NCBI GenBank assembly: GCA_963776275.1
Contig: CAVZMI010000021.1
Span: 96,001-160,000 of the forward strand
Direction of reading: 5' to 3'
DNA from: Ignavibacteriota bacterium
GTDB taxonomy: Bacteria; Bacteroidota; Ignavibacteria; UBA10030; CAVZMI01
Length of the DNA: 64,000 bases
The translations under genes were made by a program, and so were the position numbers. The notes beneath the pieces are model-generated. The model made no database searches and was not told the origin of the DNA. It saw only the letters and a list, made by a program, of their open reading frames with translations. Shown piece by piece: positions 43,152-52,932 of the stretch. The stretch's first letter is position 1. The number at the start of each line of letters is the position of its first letter.

Positions 43152-46100
43152 CTACGGCAAACTAAACTCCACCACATTATTCGTCGATAAGTTCTGTGCC
43201 TTATCCTGTTGAACTGTTCCCAACTTAACCCTGAATGTTAAATTCACCGGCAGTAACTCCTTGGTCACTTCGCCATTCACAGTGTTTCCAATCTGTCTCC
43301 ACGCACCTGAATAATAACTTGCCTGTGCATTATCAACCGGCTGGTTCTGTGCGTTTCTCACTCTCACAGTACATAATACTGTGGAAAAACTCACTGTATT
43401 ATTTGTTGAAATATCCTGTGACTTATCCATGGATATATATTCATGGGTCATTCTGAATGAATAATTATTGGGTAGCAGCTCTTTATTTGCTGTTCCACCA
43501 CTTGTTGTACCGAAACTCCTCCAGGCGCCCGAGTAATACTGTACCGTTCCCTGATCTATTAAACTGGCTTGACTGTTTTTCAACTGGACTATTGCATTGA
43601 CCGTCTGGAATACTACCGTAGGATTTGTACCGATATCCTGCTGTTTATCCTTGCTCGCATATGAATATGTCATTCTAAACGAATAGTTATTCGGTAACAG
43701 CTCTTTTGCTGCTGTTCCGTTTGTTGTAGTCCCGAAGTCTCTCCATGCTCCTGAGTAGTATTGCACAGTTCCCTGATCCATCAAACTACCCTGGCTGTTC
43801 TTCAATTGTACTGCTGCATTGACGGTTTGAAAAACTACTGTACTATTTGTTCCTATATCTTGCTGTTTGTCTTTGCTTGCAAATGCGTATATCATTCTAA
43901 ATGAATAATTATTTGGCAGCAGCTCTTTATTAGCGACACCATTTGCTGTTGTTCCGAAACTTCTCCAGGCACCTGAGTAATACTGGACTGTTCCTTGATC
44001 CATCAAACTACCCTGACTGTTCTGCAATTGTACTGCCGCATTGACTGTCTGGAAGACTACTATTGGATTTGTTCCTATCTCTTGTTGTTTGTCTTTGCTC
44101 GCATATGCATAGATCATTCTGAATGAATAATTATTTGGCAATAATTCCTTGTTTGCTACACCATTAGCAGTAGTACCGAATTCTCTCCATGCACCGGAGT
44201 AATATTGTACTGTTCCTTGATCCATTAAACTGCTTTGACTGTTCTGTAATTGGACTGCAGCGTTGACAGTTTGGAAAATTACTGTTGGATTTGTACCTAT
44301 ATCTTGTTGTTTATCCTTGCTTGTATAAGCATAGGTCATTCTAAATGAATAGGTATTTGGCAGCAGCTCTTTGGCTGCAATACCGTTTGTCGTTGTTCCG
44401 AAGTTTCGCCATGCACCGGCATAATATTGCACTGTGCCCGTATCTATCAATGCACCGCTACTGTTTTGCAATTGAATTTGCGTATTGACGGTTTGAAATA
44501 CTACAGTATCAATGCCGACCGGCACATTTGATTTTGTTTGTGTGCCGTACTCGTATGTCATTCGCAGACTTAAGGTTTTTTGGTTTGTAGTAATGGTGAA
44601 TGTACCGTCGTTGTTATTTATTGCATCTTTCCAGGCGCCTTCGTAGTACTGAAGTGTGCCACTGGTGAGAATCATACCACTGCTGTTTACAAATTTTATA
44701 ACGCATCCTGTTACTTGCGGCTGCGGCTTGATGTAGAAATGGATGCCGTTTGATTCTGCCGATCCATCGGGATTCTTTACAGTAACTACCGGAGAATCGA
44801 CGGCAGCGAGATCCGAAACGATTATAGATGCTTGTAGTAGTGTGTCTTTTATAAATGTCGTCGACTTTGCTGTTCCATTCCAAAACACCGTTGAGCCACT
44901 GACAAAGTTTTTGCCAGTGACACTTAGTGTAACGGTGCCACCCCCGACATAAGCAATGGCGGGACTTAGTGATATGATATTTATTAATTTAGAAAGATCG
45001 ATGTTGACGGAACGCTCTTCTTTAGGCAAATAGTAATAAAGCATGTTGGGATAATTGTCGAAGACCAAGACCTTTCCATCGGGCGGTAAGTTAAGATTTT
45101 GCAAAATGGTTCCTGTTTTGCCATCAAAAACAGAAATTCTCCCGGGATGTAAGTCTTTATAATTGGAGTGCCTGGAGGTTTTCTCAATGATCCAGGGTGT
45201 TTCTTCAATAATGACATACTTCCCGTTGCTAGATAAATAACTATGTTCAGCTAATGGAAAAGGAATTAGACCATAGACAGTATCTTTATCAATATTATAG
45301 ACAGCAAATTTTTTATCTTCCATTTGTTGTCTTGGATATAAAAAACATAAAAGATAATTTCCCTTTTTACTATCTGCGACATCGTATCCACCGGGAACAT
45401 ATATGTCGGACAATTTTCGATTAATAATAAGCTGCTGTGTAAATAATGAGTACTTGCCAATTGCTCTGCATTTCTGATTGTCCCTATTTTCTGAGTATAG
45501 GTAATTCCCATCAGCCGAGACAGAGCTTATCGAAGTAATCCAAGCTGGAGGAACTGGCAAGGTATCAAGAACTTTAAATGTGGAAGCATCATAAACAGCA
45601 GTCTTCTGGAAAATAAACAGGCTATCCCAAAGCCCTGAATAATCTGATCTGAGAAAATCAGTTGTCCACGTCACATAGAATACATTCTTGACGGGATTGT
45701 ACACTATTCCATCGAGTATGCTTCTGCCATCTCTTGATAGGTTATAAAACCTTGTGAATGATTGTACTTTCCCAACTGGTTGAGAAGGATCGTCAAATAA
45801 CCTATGACGTTCAAAATGTACCCTGCCAATTTTTTGCGTTGTATCTTGTTCAGGGAAACGATGATTAACCCCAATATTGTTTGTGTTAATGACATCCGCA
45901 ACGAACACCGGATACTCACGTCCTCCTGCATCTCCATATGTAAAGACCCAACTTTGTGTCGGATCCCATGATTCTAATTTAGCGCAGCAAACGGTATCGG
46001 TATAGAACAACTCATTTATATTAGTCTGTAGATTGAATCGCCAAAACTTTTCCGCTTCTTTGGCATCGCTGTAATAATAATATGGTTGCGCAAATACTTG

Positions 46101-46157
46101 ATATGTCAGGCATATCATTAGCGACAACGTCATCCACAAGCATTTTTTCATTTTCAT
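43152..46157 (-). CDS. 1001-aa secreted protein: predicted beta-propeller-like N-terminus, IPT/TIG-like domain, seven 74-aa tandem repeats
   Basis: Signal peptide ending VFA-Q; ISLSP…VTLSVTGKNFVSGSTVFWNG…VTVKNPDG (IPT/TIG-like); repeat core QYYSGAWR.FGTT.NG…KELLP..YSFRM. Confidence 0.8.
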   Translation of the reverse strand: MKMKKCLWMTLSLMICLTYQVFAQPYYYYSDAKEAEKFWRFNLQTNINELFYTDTVCCAKLESWDPTQSWVFTYGDAGGREYPVFVADVINTNNIGVNHRFPEQDTTQKIGRVHFERHRLFDDPSQPVGKVQSFTRFYNLSRDGRSILDGIVYNPVKNVFYVTWTTDFLRSDYSGLWDSLFIFQKTAVYDASTFKVLDTLPVPPAWITSISSVSADGNYLYSENRDNQKCRAIGKYSLFTQQLIINRKLSDIYVPGGYDVADSKKGNYLLCFLYPRQQMEDKKFAVYNIDKDTVYGLIPFPLAEHSYLSSNGKYVIIEETPWIIEKTSRHSNYKDLHPGRISVFDGKTGTILQNLNLPPDGKVLVFDNYPNMLYYYLPKEERSVNIDLSKLINIISLSPAIAYVGGGTVTLSVTGKNFVSGSTVFWNGTAKSTTFIKDTLLQASIIVSDLAAVDSPVVTVKNPDGSAESNGIHFYIKPQPQVTGCVIKFVNSSGMILTSGTLQYYEGAWKDAINNNDGTFTITTNQKTLSLRMTYEYGTQTKSNVPVGIDTVVFQTVNTQIQLQNSSGALIDTGTVQYYAGAWRNFGTTTNGIAAKELLPNTYSFRMTYAYTSKDKQQDIGTNPTVIFQTVNAAVQLQNSQSSLMDQGTVQYYSGAWREFGTTANGVANKELLPNNYSFRMIYAYASKDKQQEIGTNPIVVFQTVNAAVQLQNSQGSLMDQGTVQYYSGAWRSFGTTANGVANKELLPNNYSFRMIYAFASKDKQQDIGTNSTVVFQTVNAAVQLKNSQGSLMDQGTVQYYSGAWRDFGTTTNGTAAKELLPNNYSFRMTYSYASKDKQQDIGTNPTVVFQTVNAIVQLKNSQASLIDQGTVQYYSGAWRSFGTTSGGTANKELLPNNYSFRMTHEYISMDKSQDISTNNTVSFSTVLCTVRVRNAQNQPVDNAQASYYSGAWRQIGNTVNGEVTKELLPVNLTFRVKLGTVQQDKAQNLSTNNVVEFSLP
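43155..44710 (-). repeat. Intragenic tandem repeat, 7 x 222 bp
   Basis: Equivalent cattc(t) positions at 43449, 43671, 43893, 44115, 44337 and 44559 are exactly 222 bp apart; a seventh degenerate unit lies at the C-terminus. Confidence 0.92.
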
Positions 46158-46178
46158 ATTGACCTCATTGTTTTAACT

Positions 46179-48590
46179 TTAACGCCACGGGTGATTAATG
46201 CGAAGACTATCGACGTCATCAGCATAATCTCTTGCCGTAATATTCTTACCTGTTCCTTCCGTACTTCTTGCCCAATAACCGGGTTTATTTTCCATTACAT
46301 CCGGTGGCTTCCAATCCCAATACCATGCTCCGATTCCACCATTATACTCGCAATACGCTTCGCAGTACCTCTCTTCTTCATCCAAAGGTGTATTTTTCGC
46401 TGTTTCGGTTGGGTCACGATAATCAAGATGGTAATTCGTCGCATCGTTGTCATAACAATATCTAAAATACAATTTTCCTTGCTGCACGTTAGTAACCCAA
46501 TTCCAAATAATATCATCACAGTCATAGTCATTATTATTATAGTACCAATTATTGGGATAATACCATGGTGAATTGATCTGCATCATTCCAAAATCCTGGT
46601 GGTCACCCCCTTGAAGGGGGAAATCGGGAGTCGTGTTATATTCTGTTTTGAAAGTAGACAACTTGGCGAATTGATTGAAGTGACTTTCATAGGATGCTAT
46701 GGCAGCATATTCATCTCCCTTGAGTTCCGCAAGGACAGTCGCCTTAGATGGATTCTGTCCTTTGATTATGAATGGATTCGATACGTCAGTCGTGTATTTT
46801 TTCTCATCCTTCTTTGTCGTAGCCTCTACATGAAGTGTTATCTGGTTGCCTCCGCGCATGTTGGCTTCACCATAAAGGTATTCACCTATTTCCAAATCCG
46901 TTGTATCCGAATTTGCACCTGATGCATCGCCTTTATAAGACTCAGTTGTATCATTCGGTGTCACATATCTATCTCTGTCTGATTTCCATTTTATCTTTAG
47001 TTCCCAATTAAAATCTACATCACCGCCATCGTAATTTTTTAAATATGCTTTAATCAAAGGCTTTGGCATTTTGGGTAGATTAGTCCCTTCGATTTTCTGT
47101 ATTTTCTGATCATCAGGAAGTGTATCCACCACTAACTCCGGCTTGCTCTTGATCGTCACATCAGCCACGGGTATCCTGCATGATTCTCCCCCTTCTATCG
47201 CGGTCGCCTCTATTTGTGCTAGTTTTGCACGTGATTCCGGCGAATTACTGGCATCTTTCATCACTCTGTTCAAGTTTGCTAAACGGGTTTCCACATATCC
47301 TATAATTCTATCAAATTGGGATTTGTTTTTGGCTATCTCTCTCCTATCAAACAGTCTCTTCTTTAACTTTTCAGCCGAACGGATCGAAGATCTTACCTTG
47401 CTCGTAGTATCTATTGAATATGTACCTTTTTTTTCACTGTTACTCGCCTGTTGGTTCTCGTGCGAACTATTCCGCATCTTCACCATCAATCCCGCAGGCA
47501 ATCGGTGTGTATCGATCGGTTCATTTTTTATCGATCCAGCACCCCCGCCACCACCTGCTCCCTCCGGATAAGCCTCTATCTCTGCCACAACGGAATCAGC
47601 ATCAATACTGTCAGCAGCCACAAATTCGAACGGTTGCTGACCATAGAGGTAAGAACCTTCATCGCCAGTTATCAATGAGCGCAAAAAACCATAGCTCTCG
47701 TCGCTATTCATCCAAATACTGAAATTGGTTTCTGGAGGGTACTCGATAAGAGCACCATCTGATTGAAGGCCCATAATGTTTATAGCGTCTGTATCACCGG
47801 GATTGATCTCTGCTTTTGATACATTTACAACCGTACAGAGTTCCGGCATGTCCGGGACTTCGACAGAAAGCCAGCGCAAATCACTATAGCCATAATAGGG
47901 GCCCCAAAATGCTGGATCGCTTACCACTCCATCACATGAAGCAGTCGTATATGGGTGATCTATTCGATAACAAAGATCTGCCGCACTATTAGTATACGAT
48001 AGTGTTACATTCCGAGCCCGATAAGTAAGGCCTTCGCAATCAGGAACTCCAATTGTAATGGTCACTGAGTCTCCGGCATGGAAATATCCAAGATCAACAT
48101 ACCAATCCTTGTTCCAGAAGGGATCATCATAACTTAGTGTCCAGTAAGTACCGGCACCGCAAAAAAAGGTTGAATCCATCGTTCTTTGATAAAATGCATC
48201 CTTCGCATTATATGAAAATCCAGGCTCGATGCCTTCGGTTCTGATAATCGGACCAAAGGTGACAATGCTACAATAACTACAATCAGCGTCAGTATAGTTA
48301 AAATAAGGTCCAAACCACCAACAGGCCATGTAGCCAATTCTATTAAAGTTCTGCCTCAGTCGAAGAGTACCGGGAGCTGTAAAGTAGATCCTACCATTGT
48401 ATTCATTATCGGGTAGTTCACTCGCATTTTGCAGAATCGTAGCCGGTGTAATTTTTACCCGCTCTCTAATTTTAACCTGGCTATTGGCAGTAGTTGAAAT
48501 TAAACCGGTGATAATCACAACGATTAGAAACTTCAACAATCGTAAGTTTCTAGAATCCTTTCGAGTGAGAAAATAAATTCGAGATGTCAT
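46179..48590 (-). CDS. 803-aa secreted protein with C-terminal lysozyme-like / lytic-transglycosylase-like domain
   Basis: Signal peptide (…ANS-QVKIRERV); C-terminal AAIASYESHFNQF…FGMMQIN…NVQQGKLY…YNGG…YADDV matches SLT motifs ES / GxMQ / N…G / YNxG. Confidence 0.68.
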   Translation of the reverse strand: MTSRIYFLTRKDSRNLRLLKFLIVVIITGLISTTANSQVKIRERVKITPATILQNASELPDNEYNGRIYFTAPGTLRLRQNFNRIGYMACWWFGPYFNYTDADCSYCSIVTFGPIIRTEGIEPGFSYNAKDAFYQRTMDSTFFCGAGTYWTLSYDDPFWNKDWYVDLGYFHAGDSVTITIGVPDCEGLTYRARNVTLSYTNSAADLCYRIDHPYTTASCDGVVSDPAFWGPYYGYSDLRWLSVEVPDMPELCTVVNVSKAEINPGDTDAINIMGLQSDGALIEYPPETNFSIWMNSDESYGFLRSLITGDEGSYLYGQQPFEFVAADSIDADSVVAEIEAYPEGAGGGGGAGSIKNEPIDTHRLPAGLMVKMRNSSHENQQASNSEKKGTYSIDTTSKVRSSIRSAEKLKKRLFDRREIAKNKSQFDRIIGYVETRLANLNRVMKDASNSPESRAKLAQIEATAIEGGESCRIPVADVTIKSKPELVVDTLPDDQKIQKIEGTNLPKMPKPLIKAYLKNYDGGDVDFNWELKIKWKSDRDRYVTPNDTTESYKGDASGANSDTTDLEIGEYLYGEANMRGGNQITLHVEATTKKDEKKYTTDVSNPFIIKGQNPSKATVLAELKGDEYAAIASYESHFNQFAKLSTFKTEYNTTPDFPLQGGDHQDFGMMQINSPWYYPNNWYYNNNDYDCDDIIWNWVTNVQQGKLYFRYCYDNDATNYHLDYRDPTETAKNTPLDEEERYCEAYCEYNGGIGAWYWDWKPPDVMENKPGYWARSTEGTGKNITARDYADDVDSLRINHPWR

Positions 48591-48810
48591 TGCTTAAATT
48601 CTCTCTTTTCGGGATACTCTTCCCCACGAGAGATAATCCATCCAGCACAAGTACGTTTATGATTACGCTATTAACAAGGAAGCTTCCATTATAATACCGC
48701 AGTGAGTTACTATTTTGTGACAATTCAACCAGAAGCTGATGAAGCCTGGGGTAAAACTGGAATATTTTGCGTCTCTAACTCGTAGAGCCTATAATCAAAG
48801 GATGAAATTG

Positions 48811-48831
48811 ATCCTGAATTAAATTCAGGAT
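48811..48831. promoter_or_regulatory. Perfect 10-1-10 palindrome just downstream of the cassette promoter (operator or REP-like hairpin)
   Basis: atcctgaatt-a-aattcaggat. Confidence 0.6.
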
Positions 48832-48844
48832 AGAATACAACTGT

Positions 48845-48873
48845 AACTTAATGCTCGGGAATTGAAATGTCAA
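48845..48873 (-). promoter_or_regulatory. Strong sigma70-type promoter for the 48590-42396 cassette
   Basis: Minus strand TTGACA-17 nt-TAAGTT, ~250 nt upstream of the 803-aa gene. Confidence 0.65.
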
Positions 48874-49022
48874 GAACTTTATTGGAAAAAAGTGTAAAAA
48901 TTACGATAACCGGAAATATTAGAAGGCGCCGAAATTCGGCAATCATCAATCATAAATCGGCATTCTCTCGGCCATTTCCAAATTGACCCTCAGTAATCTC
49001 GTGCCTCCTCTGGAGCTTTGAA

Positions 49023-50519
49023 TCAGGGAGACAAATCAGAAGATGGTATTTCTGATACCGGAGATTTCCGCTGTAGAAGAGCTTTCAGAATGCCAATCTC
49101 CGCAGGATCGAAGAAGCGCATGAGAGCCATAAGCCCGATGAATCCAATCAGAAGTCCGATTTTGACAAGCATATGAGCATGGAGAGTGCCTCCGACCACG
49201 ACAAAGATACAGAAAATTATTCCTGTCGATACGGCAATTACGCCCATTCTTCTGAATTCGTATCTGACCGGGTAATATCGTTGAACAATAAAATAGAGCG
49301 ATAGCGCCATTACAATGTAACCGCCGAGAGTCGACCAGGCCGCGCCTACAAACCCGAGCAAAGGAATCAGCAACAGATTCATCCCGATATTCGTCACGGC
49401 ACCCAGTCCTGACGTCAGTGGAAGAAATTGAGTTTTTTTCTCGATATAAATACCCGGTATCAGGAGAACATAAACTCCTGTAAAGACATAGGCGAGGAGC
49501 ACAATGGGAACGATGCCGAGTCCCGGCCAGTATGCAGGATGAATTAACCGGTGGTGTAAAATTTCAATACCGACAAGGTCGCCGATAAAGAATGAGATCA
49601 CCAGAAAACCAAACATTAAAAGAAGGAAAAAGTACGTGGCGATGCGCGCAAACATTTTTTTCGCATCCGGCTCTTTTGCATTCGAAAGGAAGAAAGGACG
49701 CCAGGCATAATCGAACATCGACACAATCAGCATGATAAAAATTCCCAGCCTATAGTTTGCCTGATAGATGCCGACCGATGCATCATCGGTGAGCGCCCGG
49801 AGAATCGGCCTGTCGATAACCTGAAGCGCAATGCCGGCGAGTCCTGCCGGGACGTATGGCAGACCGAATTTCAATAATGCCGAAAAGAGCTTTGAATTTT
49901 TCGGCCATGCGATATGACGGATAATTGTGGGGAAAAGACAGAGTGCCGTAAAAAGAGATGAAATGATCCCGCTTACGAATATTCCCGCCACGCCCATCCT
50001 GAATTTTGCAAGAAGAATGGCATTTAATACAACATTTAGAATGATGCCCGCAACCCGGATTCCCGCAAACTGCCACGGCCTTTTCTGTAATCGTAATGCC
50101 GCAAACGGTATCAATGAAACTGCATCGAAGAAAAGAATCCCGACGGCGTAAATCACGATATATCGTTCCTGTTCACCACGTGCTACCAGATATGAAAGCG
50201 GAGTTGCATTCCAGAGAATAAGAAGAGAAAAAAGAACAGAGCCGATAGTCACGGTCAGCCACGAGAGTCCGAAGACTTCTTTTTCATCGCCAAGCTCTCG
50301 AGTGGATGAATATTTAAAAAAAGCCGACTCCATGCCGAGGCCGTATACAACATTGAGAAATGCTATATAGGAATAGACATTTGCAACAACGCCGTAATCA
50401 CTTTTCGGAAGGATATTCGTATAAAGGGGAAGAAGAAGGAAACTCAGAAATCGCCCGAGAATGGTACTGATACCATAGATGGCTGTTTCTGCGCCGAGTC
50501 GTTTGATTTTATCGAACAT
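49023..50519 (-). CDS. Oligosaccharide flippase (Wzx/RfbX family)
   Basis: Polytopic membrane protein; TAIYGIS..LGRFLSFLLLPLYT, DR.IL, VGIY. Confidence 0.85.
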   Translation of the reverse strand: MFDKIKRLGAETAIYGISTILGRFLSFLLLPLYTNILPKSDYGVVANVYSYIAFLNVVYGLGMESAFFKYSSTRELGDEKEVFGLSWLTVTIGSVLFSLLILWNATPLSYLVARGEQERYIVIYAVGILFFDAVSLIPFAALRLQKRPWQFAGIRVAGIILNVVLNAILLAKFRMGVAGIFVSGIISSLFTALCLFPTIIRHIAWPKNSKLFSALLKFGLPYVPAGLAGIALQVIDRPILRALTDDASVGIYQANYRLGIFIMLIVSMFDYAWRPFFLSNAKEPDAKKMFARIATYFFLLLMFGFLVISFFIGDLVGIEILHHRLIHPAYWPGLGIVPIVLLAYVFTGVYVLLIPGIYIEKKTQFLPLTSGLGAVTNIGMNLLLIPLLGFVGAAWSTLGGYIVMALSLYFIVQRYYPVRYEFRRMGVIAVSTGIIFCIFVVVGGTLHAHMLVKIGLLIGFIGLMALMRFFDPAEIGILKALLQRKSPVSEIPSSDLSP

Positions 50520-50520
50520 G

Positions 50521-51402
50521 TCACCGACGGAGTGTCAGTTCCAGAGAAATATCGAGTGCCTGTACCGAATGCGTCAGGGCACCGACCGAAATCAAGTCGA
50601 CGCCGGTCTTAGCGACGGTACGGACATTCTGAAGCGTCATTTCGCCCGATGCCTCCACCTCCACACGTTTTGCTATGAGTTTGACAGCTTCGTGCATTGC
50701 ATCAGGTTGAAAATTATCGAGCATGATTCTGTTGAAAAACTTGCCCGCTTCAAAACAGGCCATAGCTTTACGAACGTCATCCATTGATCGCGTTTCAACT
50801 TCGATCGGAATATTAAGTTCTTTTTTTTGCAGGTATGCAAAACAGCGCTCGATTGCGGGTTGAATCCCGCCTGCAGCAACAATATGGTTATCCTTGACCA
50901 TTATCATATCGTCAAGCCCGAAACGATGATTCACTCCGCCGCCGATCGTCACGGCAAGTTTATCGAGCACACGGAGTCCTGGAACAGTCTTTCGCGTATC
51001 GGTGATCCGGACACCTGTTCCCTTGACGGCGTCGACAAATTGCCGCGTAAGGGTTGCGATGCCGCTCATTCGCTGAAGGAAATTCAGCGCGACGCGTTCT
51101 CCTTTAAGGATTGATTTCGCCGGTCCGTTGATCGTTCCGATAAAATCCCCCGGTCGAACATGATCACCATCGTGAACGGCCGGTAACATACCGAGGCTTT
51201 CGTCGAGGTACCGGAACACGATTGCAGCCACCCCGAGACCGGCGACGATTCCAGGTGCTTTTGCAAGAAAAACCGCTTCTCCCGACATTTCTTCGGGCAC
51301 GGATGCATCGCTGGTGACATCGCCCAGGCCGATATCTTCGAAGAGCGCCTGTTCAATGATGCGGCTGACACGGCTATCGTGCAGAGTGTTACTGTTCATC
51401 AT
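50521..51402 (-). CDS. nadC: Quinolinate phosphoribosyltransferase
   Basis: EDIGLGDVTS, ERVALNFLQRMSGIAT, DTRKT, NHRFGL, KDNH, MLDNF, EASG. Confidence 0.95.
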   Translation of the reverse strand: MMNSNTLHDSRVSRIIEQALFEDIGLGDVTSDASVPEEMSGEAVFLAKAPGIVAGLGVAAIVFRYLDESLGMLPAVHDGDHVRPGDFIGTINGPAKSILKGERVALNFLQRMSGIATLTRQFVDAVKGTGVRITDTRKTVPGLRVLDKLAVTIGGGVNHRFGLDDMIMVKDNHIVAAGGIQPAIERCFAYLQKKELNIPIEVETRSMDDVRKAMACFEAGKFFNRIMLDNFQPDAMHEAVKLIAKRVEVEASGEMTLQNVRTVAKTGVDLISVGALTHSVQALDISLELTLRR

Positions 51403-51547
51403 CCACCAGGAGAATGGGAATATCATCCTTCACGGCATACACCTTTGCACATTTCTTGCATGTGAGGGAGTTTCCAGCTGCATCATAGAGAAGATCTCCT
51501 TTGCACTTTGGACAACAAAGAATGTCGAGAAGTTCCTGACTTAACAT
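51389..51547 (-). CDS. Trm112/YcaR-family protein (52 aa)
   Basis: Hand translation MLSQELLDILCCPKCKGDLLYDAAGNSLTCKKCAKVYAVKDDIPILLVDDEQ; below the ORF-track size cutoff. Confidence 0.9.
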   Translation of the reverse strand: MLSQELLDILCCPKCKGDLLYDAAGNSLTCKKCAKVYAVKDDIPILLVDDEQ

Positions 51548-51558
51548 AATGGCTCTCT

Positions 51559-51978
51559 CTATTCGAATTTTGATTGCAGGAGTTCAATAAACGAAGCCGG
51601 TGCACGCGTTGGACGGCCAGTATCAGATTTCACAAAGCTGTGGACGGTATATCCTTCAATCAGAAGATCCGTTTTGCCTGCGCGTCGGATTTCATAGTCA
51701 ATGCGGATTCGTGCTGCTGGAATCTCGCGTACTATCGTCTTCACTTCTATCAAATCGTCATACCGGGCAGAAGAAATATATCTTGCGTGTGATTCCACAA
51801 CAGGGAGAAAATAGCCGAGCGCTTCGATTTCAGAATACGGCATGCCGATTTCCCTCAGGAGGTCGGAACGTCCTTGCTCAAAATACTCATAGTACTTTGC
51901 GTAATACACTGATTTCATCTGATCCGTATCGGCATATCGCACACGGATCTGCGATGTTGTAAAGAGAGTACGCGCCAT
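51559..51978 (-). CDS. Acyl-CoA thioesterase (YbgC/4HBT family)
   Basis: RVRYADTDQM..VYYAKYYEYFEQGR; hot-dog fold. Confidence 0.88.
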   Translation of the reverse strand: MARTLFTTSQIRVRYADTDQMKSVYYAKYYEYFEQGRSDLLREIGMPYSEIEALGYFLPVVESHARYISSARYDDLIEVKTIVREIPAARIRIDYEIRRAGKTDLLIEGYTVHSFVKSDTGRPTRAPASFIELLQSKFE

Positions 51979-52928
51979 TATTCGTCGAATGATCCCATTG
52001 CACCGAATTTTTCGATACGGTGTTCGAGAAGCTTTTCAACTTTAATTTTTTTCACCAGTTTTAATTCTTCGATCAGCACGTCTTTTAACATTATTGCAGC
52101 CAGTTGTGGATTACGGTGGGCTCCGCCGAGTGGTTCAGGCACAATTCGATCAATCACGCCCTGCACCAGCAAGTCGGGTGCTGTCAGTCTCAGCGCTTCG
52201 GCTGCCTGTTCTTTAAAATCCCAGCTCCGCCAGAGAATGCTCGAGCATGATTCCGGGGCAATAACATTATACCATGTATTTTCGAGCATCAACACTCTAT
52301 CGCCGATTCCTATCCCCAACGCTCCGCCCGATGCGCCTTCACCGATAATGACGGCGATAATGGGTGTTCGCAGCCGGGACATTTCGAGCAGATTTCGCGC
52401 AATTGCCTCGGCCTGCCCGCGTTCTTCCGCTTCCAAACCGGGATATGCACCGGGAGTATCGAGGAGTGTAATGACCGGCCTTGAGAATTTCTCGGCAAGC
52501 TTCATCAACCGTAGAGCTTTTCGATAGCCTTCGGGATTCATCATACCAAAATTCCGGTAGAGATTCGTCTTGGTATCCCTTCCTTTTTGATGGCCAATCA
52601 CCATAATGGTCTCGGTACCCAGACGTGCAAAACCACCGACCACAGCGTGATCATCGCGGTATGACCGATCGCCGTGAAGCTCGATGAAATCGGTCATCAT
52701 GAAGCTTATATAATCAAGCATATAGGGGCGTTCCGGGTGACGGGCGAGCTGTACTTTTTGCCATCGGGTCAATCCTGTGAACACATTCTGGCGAAGTTGA
52801 TCGACTTTCTTTTCCAGCGTTTTAATTTCTTCCGAAATATCGAGGTTATCGGCATATTTTCTCATCTCATCGATTTTTTGCTCAAGCTCAAGAATCGGCT
52901 TTTCGAATTCGAGGACCACTTTTGCCAT
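51978..52928 (-). CDS. accA: Acetyl-CoA carboxylase carboxyltransferase alpha subunit
   Basis: [42 protein letters not shown]. Confidence 0.96.
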   Translation of the reverse strand: MAKVVLEFEKPILELEQKIDEMRKYADNLDISEEIKTLEKKVDQLRQNVFTGLTRWQKVQLARHPERPYMLDYISFMMTDFIELHGDRSYRDDHAVVGGFARLGTETIMVIGHQKGRDTKTNLYRNFGMMNPEGYRKALRLMKLAEKFSRPVITLLDTPGAYPGLEAEERGQAEAIARNLLEMSRLRTPIIAVIIGEGASGGALGIGIGDRVLMLENTWYNVIAPESCSSILWRSWDFKEQAAEALRLTAPDLLVQGVIDRIVPEPLGGAHRNPQLAAIMLKDVLIEELKLVKKIKVEKLLEHRIEKFGAMGSFDE

Positions 52929-52932
52929 CCTT

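Noticed and set aside
43155-44710. CRISPR array or DGR template/variable repeats
   Set aside because: Units are 222-bp in-frame coding repeats without spacers; differences are not adenine-specific; no cas or reverse transcriptase gene in the window.
48700-48800. c-di-GMP-I (GEMM) riboswitch in the cassette leader (minus strand …tagagacgcaaaa…)
   Set aside because: Has GACGCAAA after a small stem but lacks the GGCAAA 5' strand, GNRA loop and CUAA receptor; not supportable without a covariance-model search.
40310-49020. Integrative element or prophage carrying ADH/AKR and the secreted cassette
   Set aside because: No integrase, transposase, tRNA or att repeat; only a short cgccgaaa is shared near both ends.
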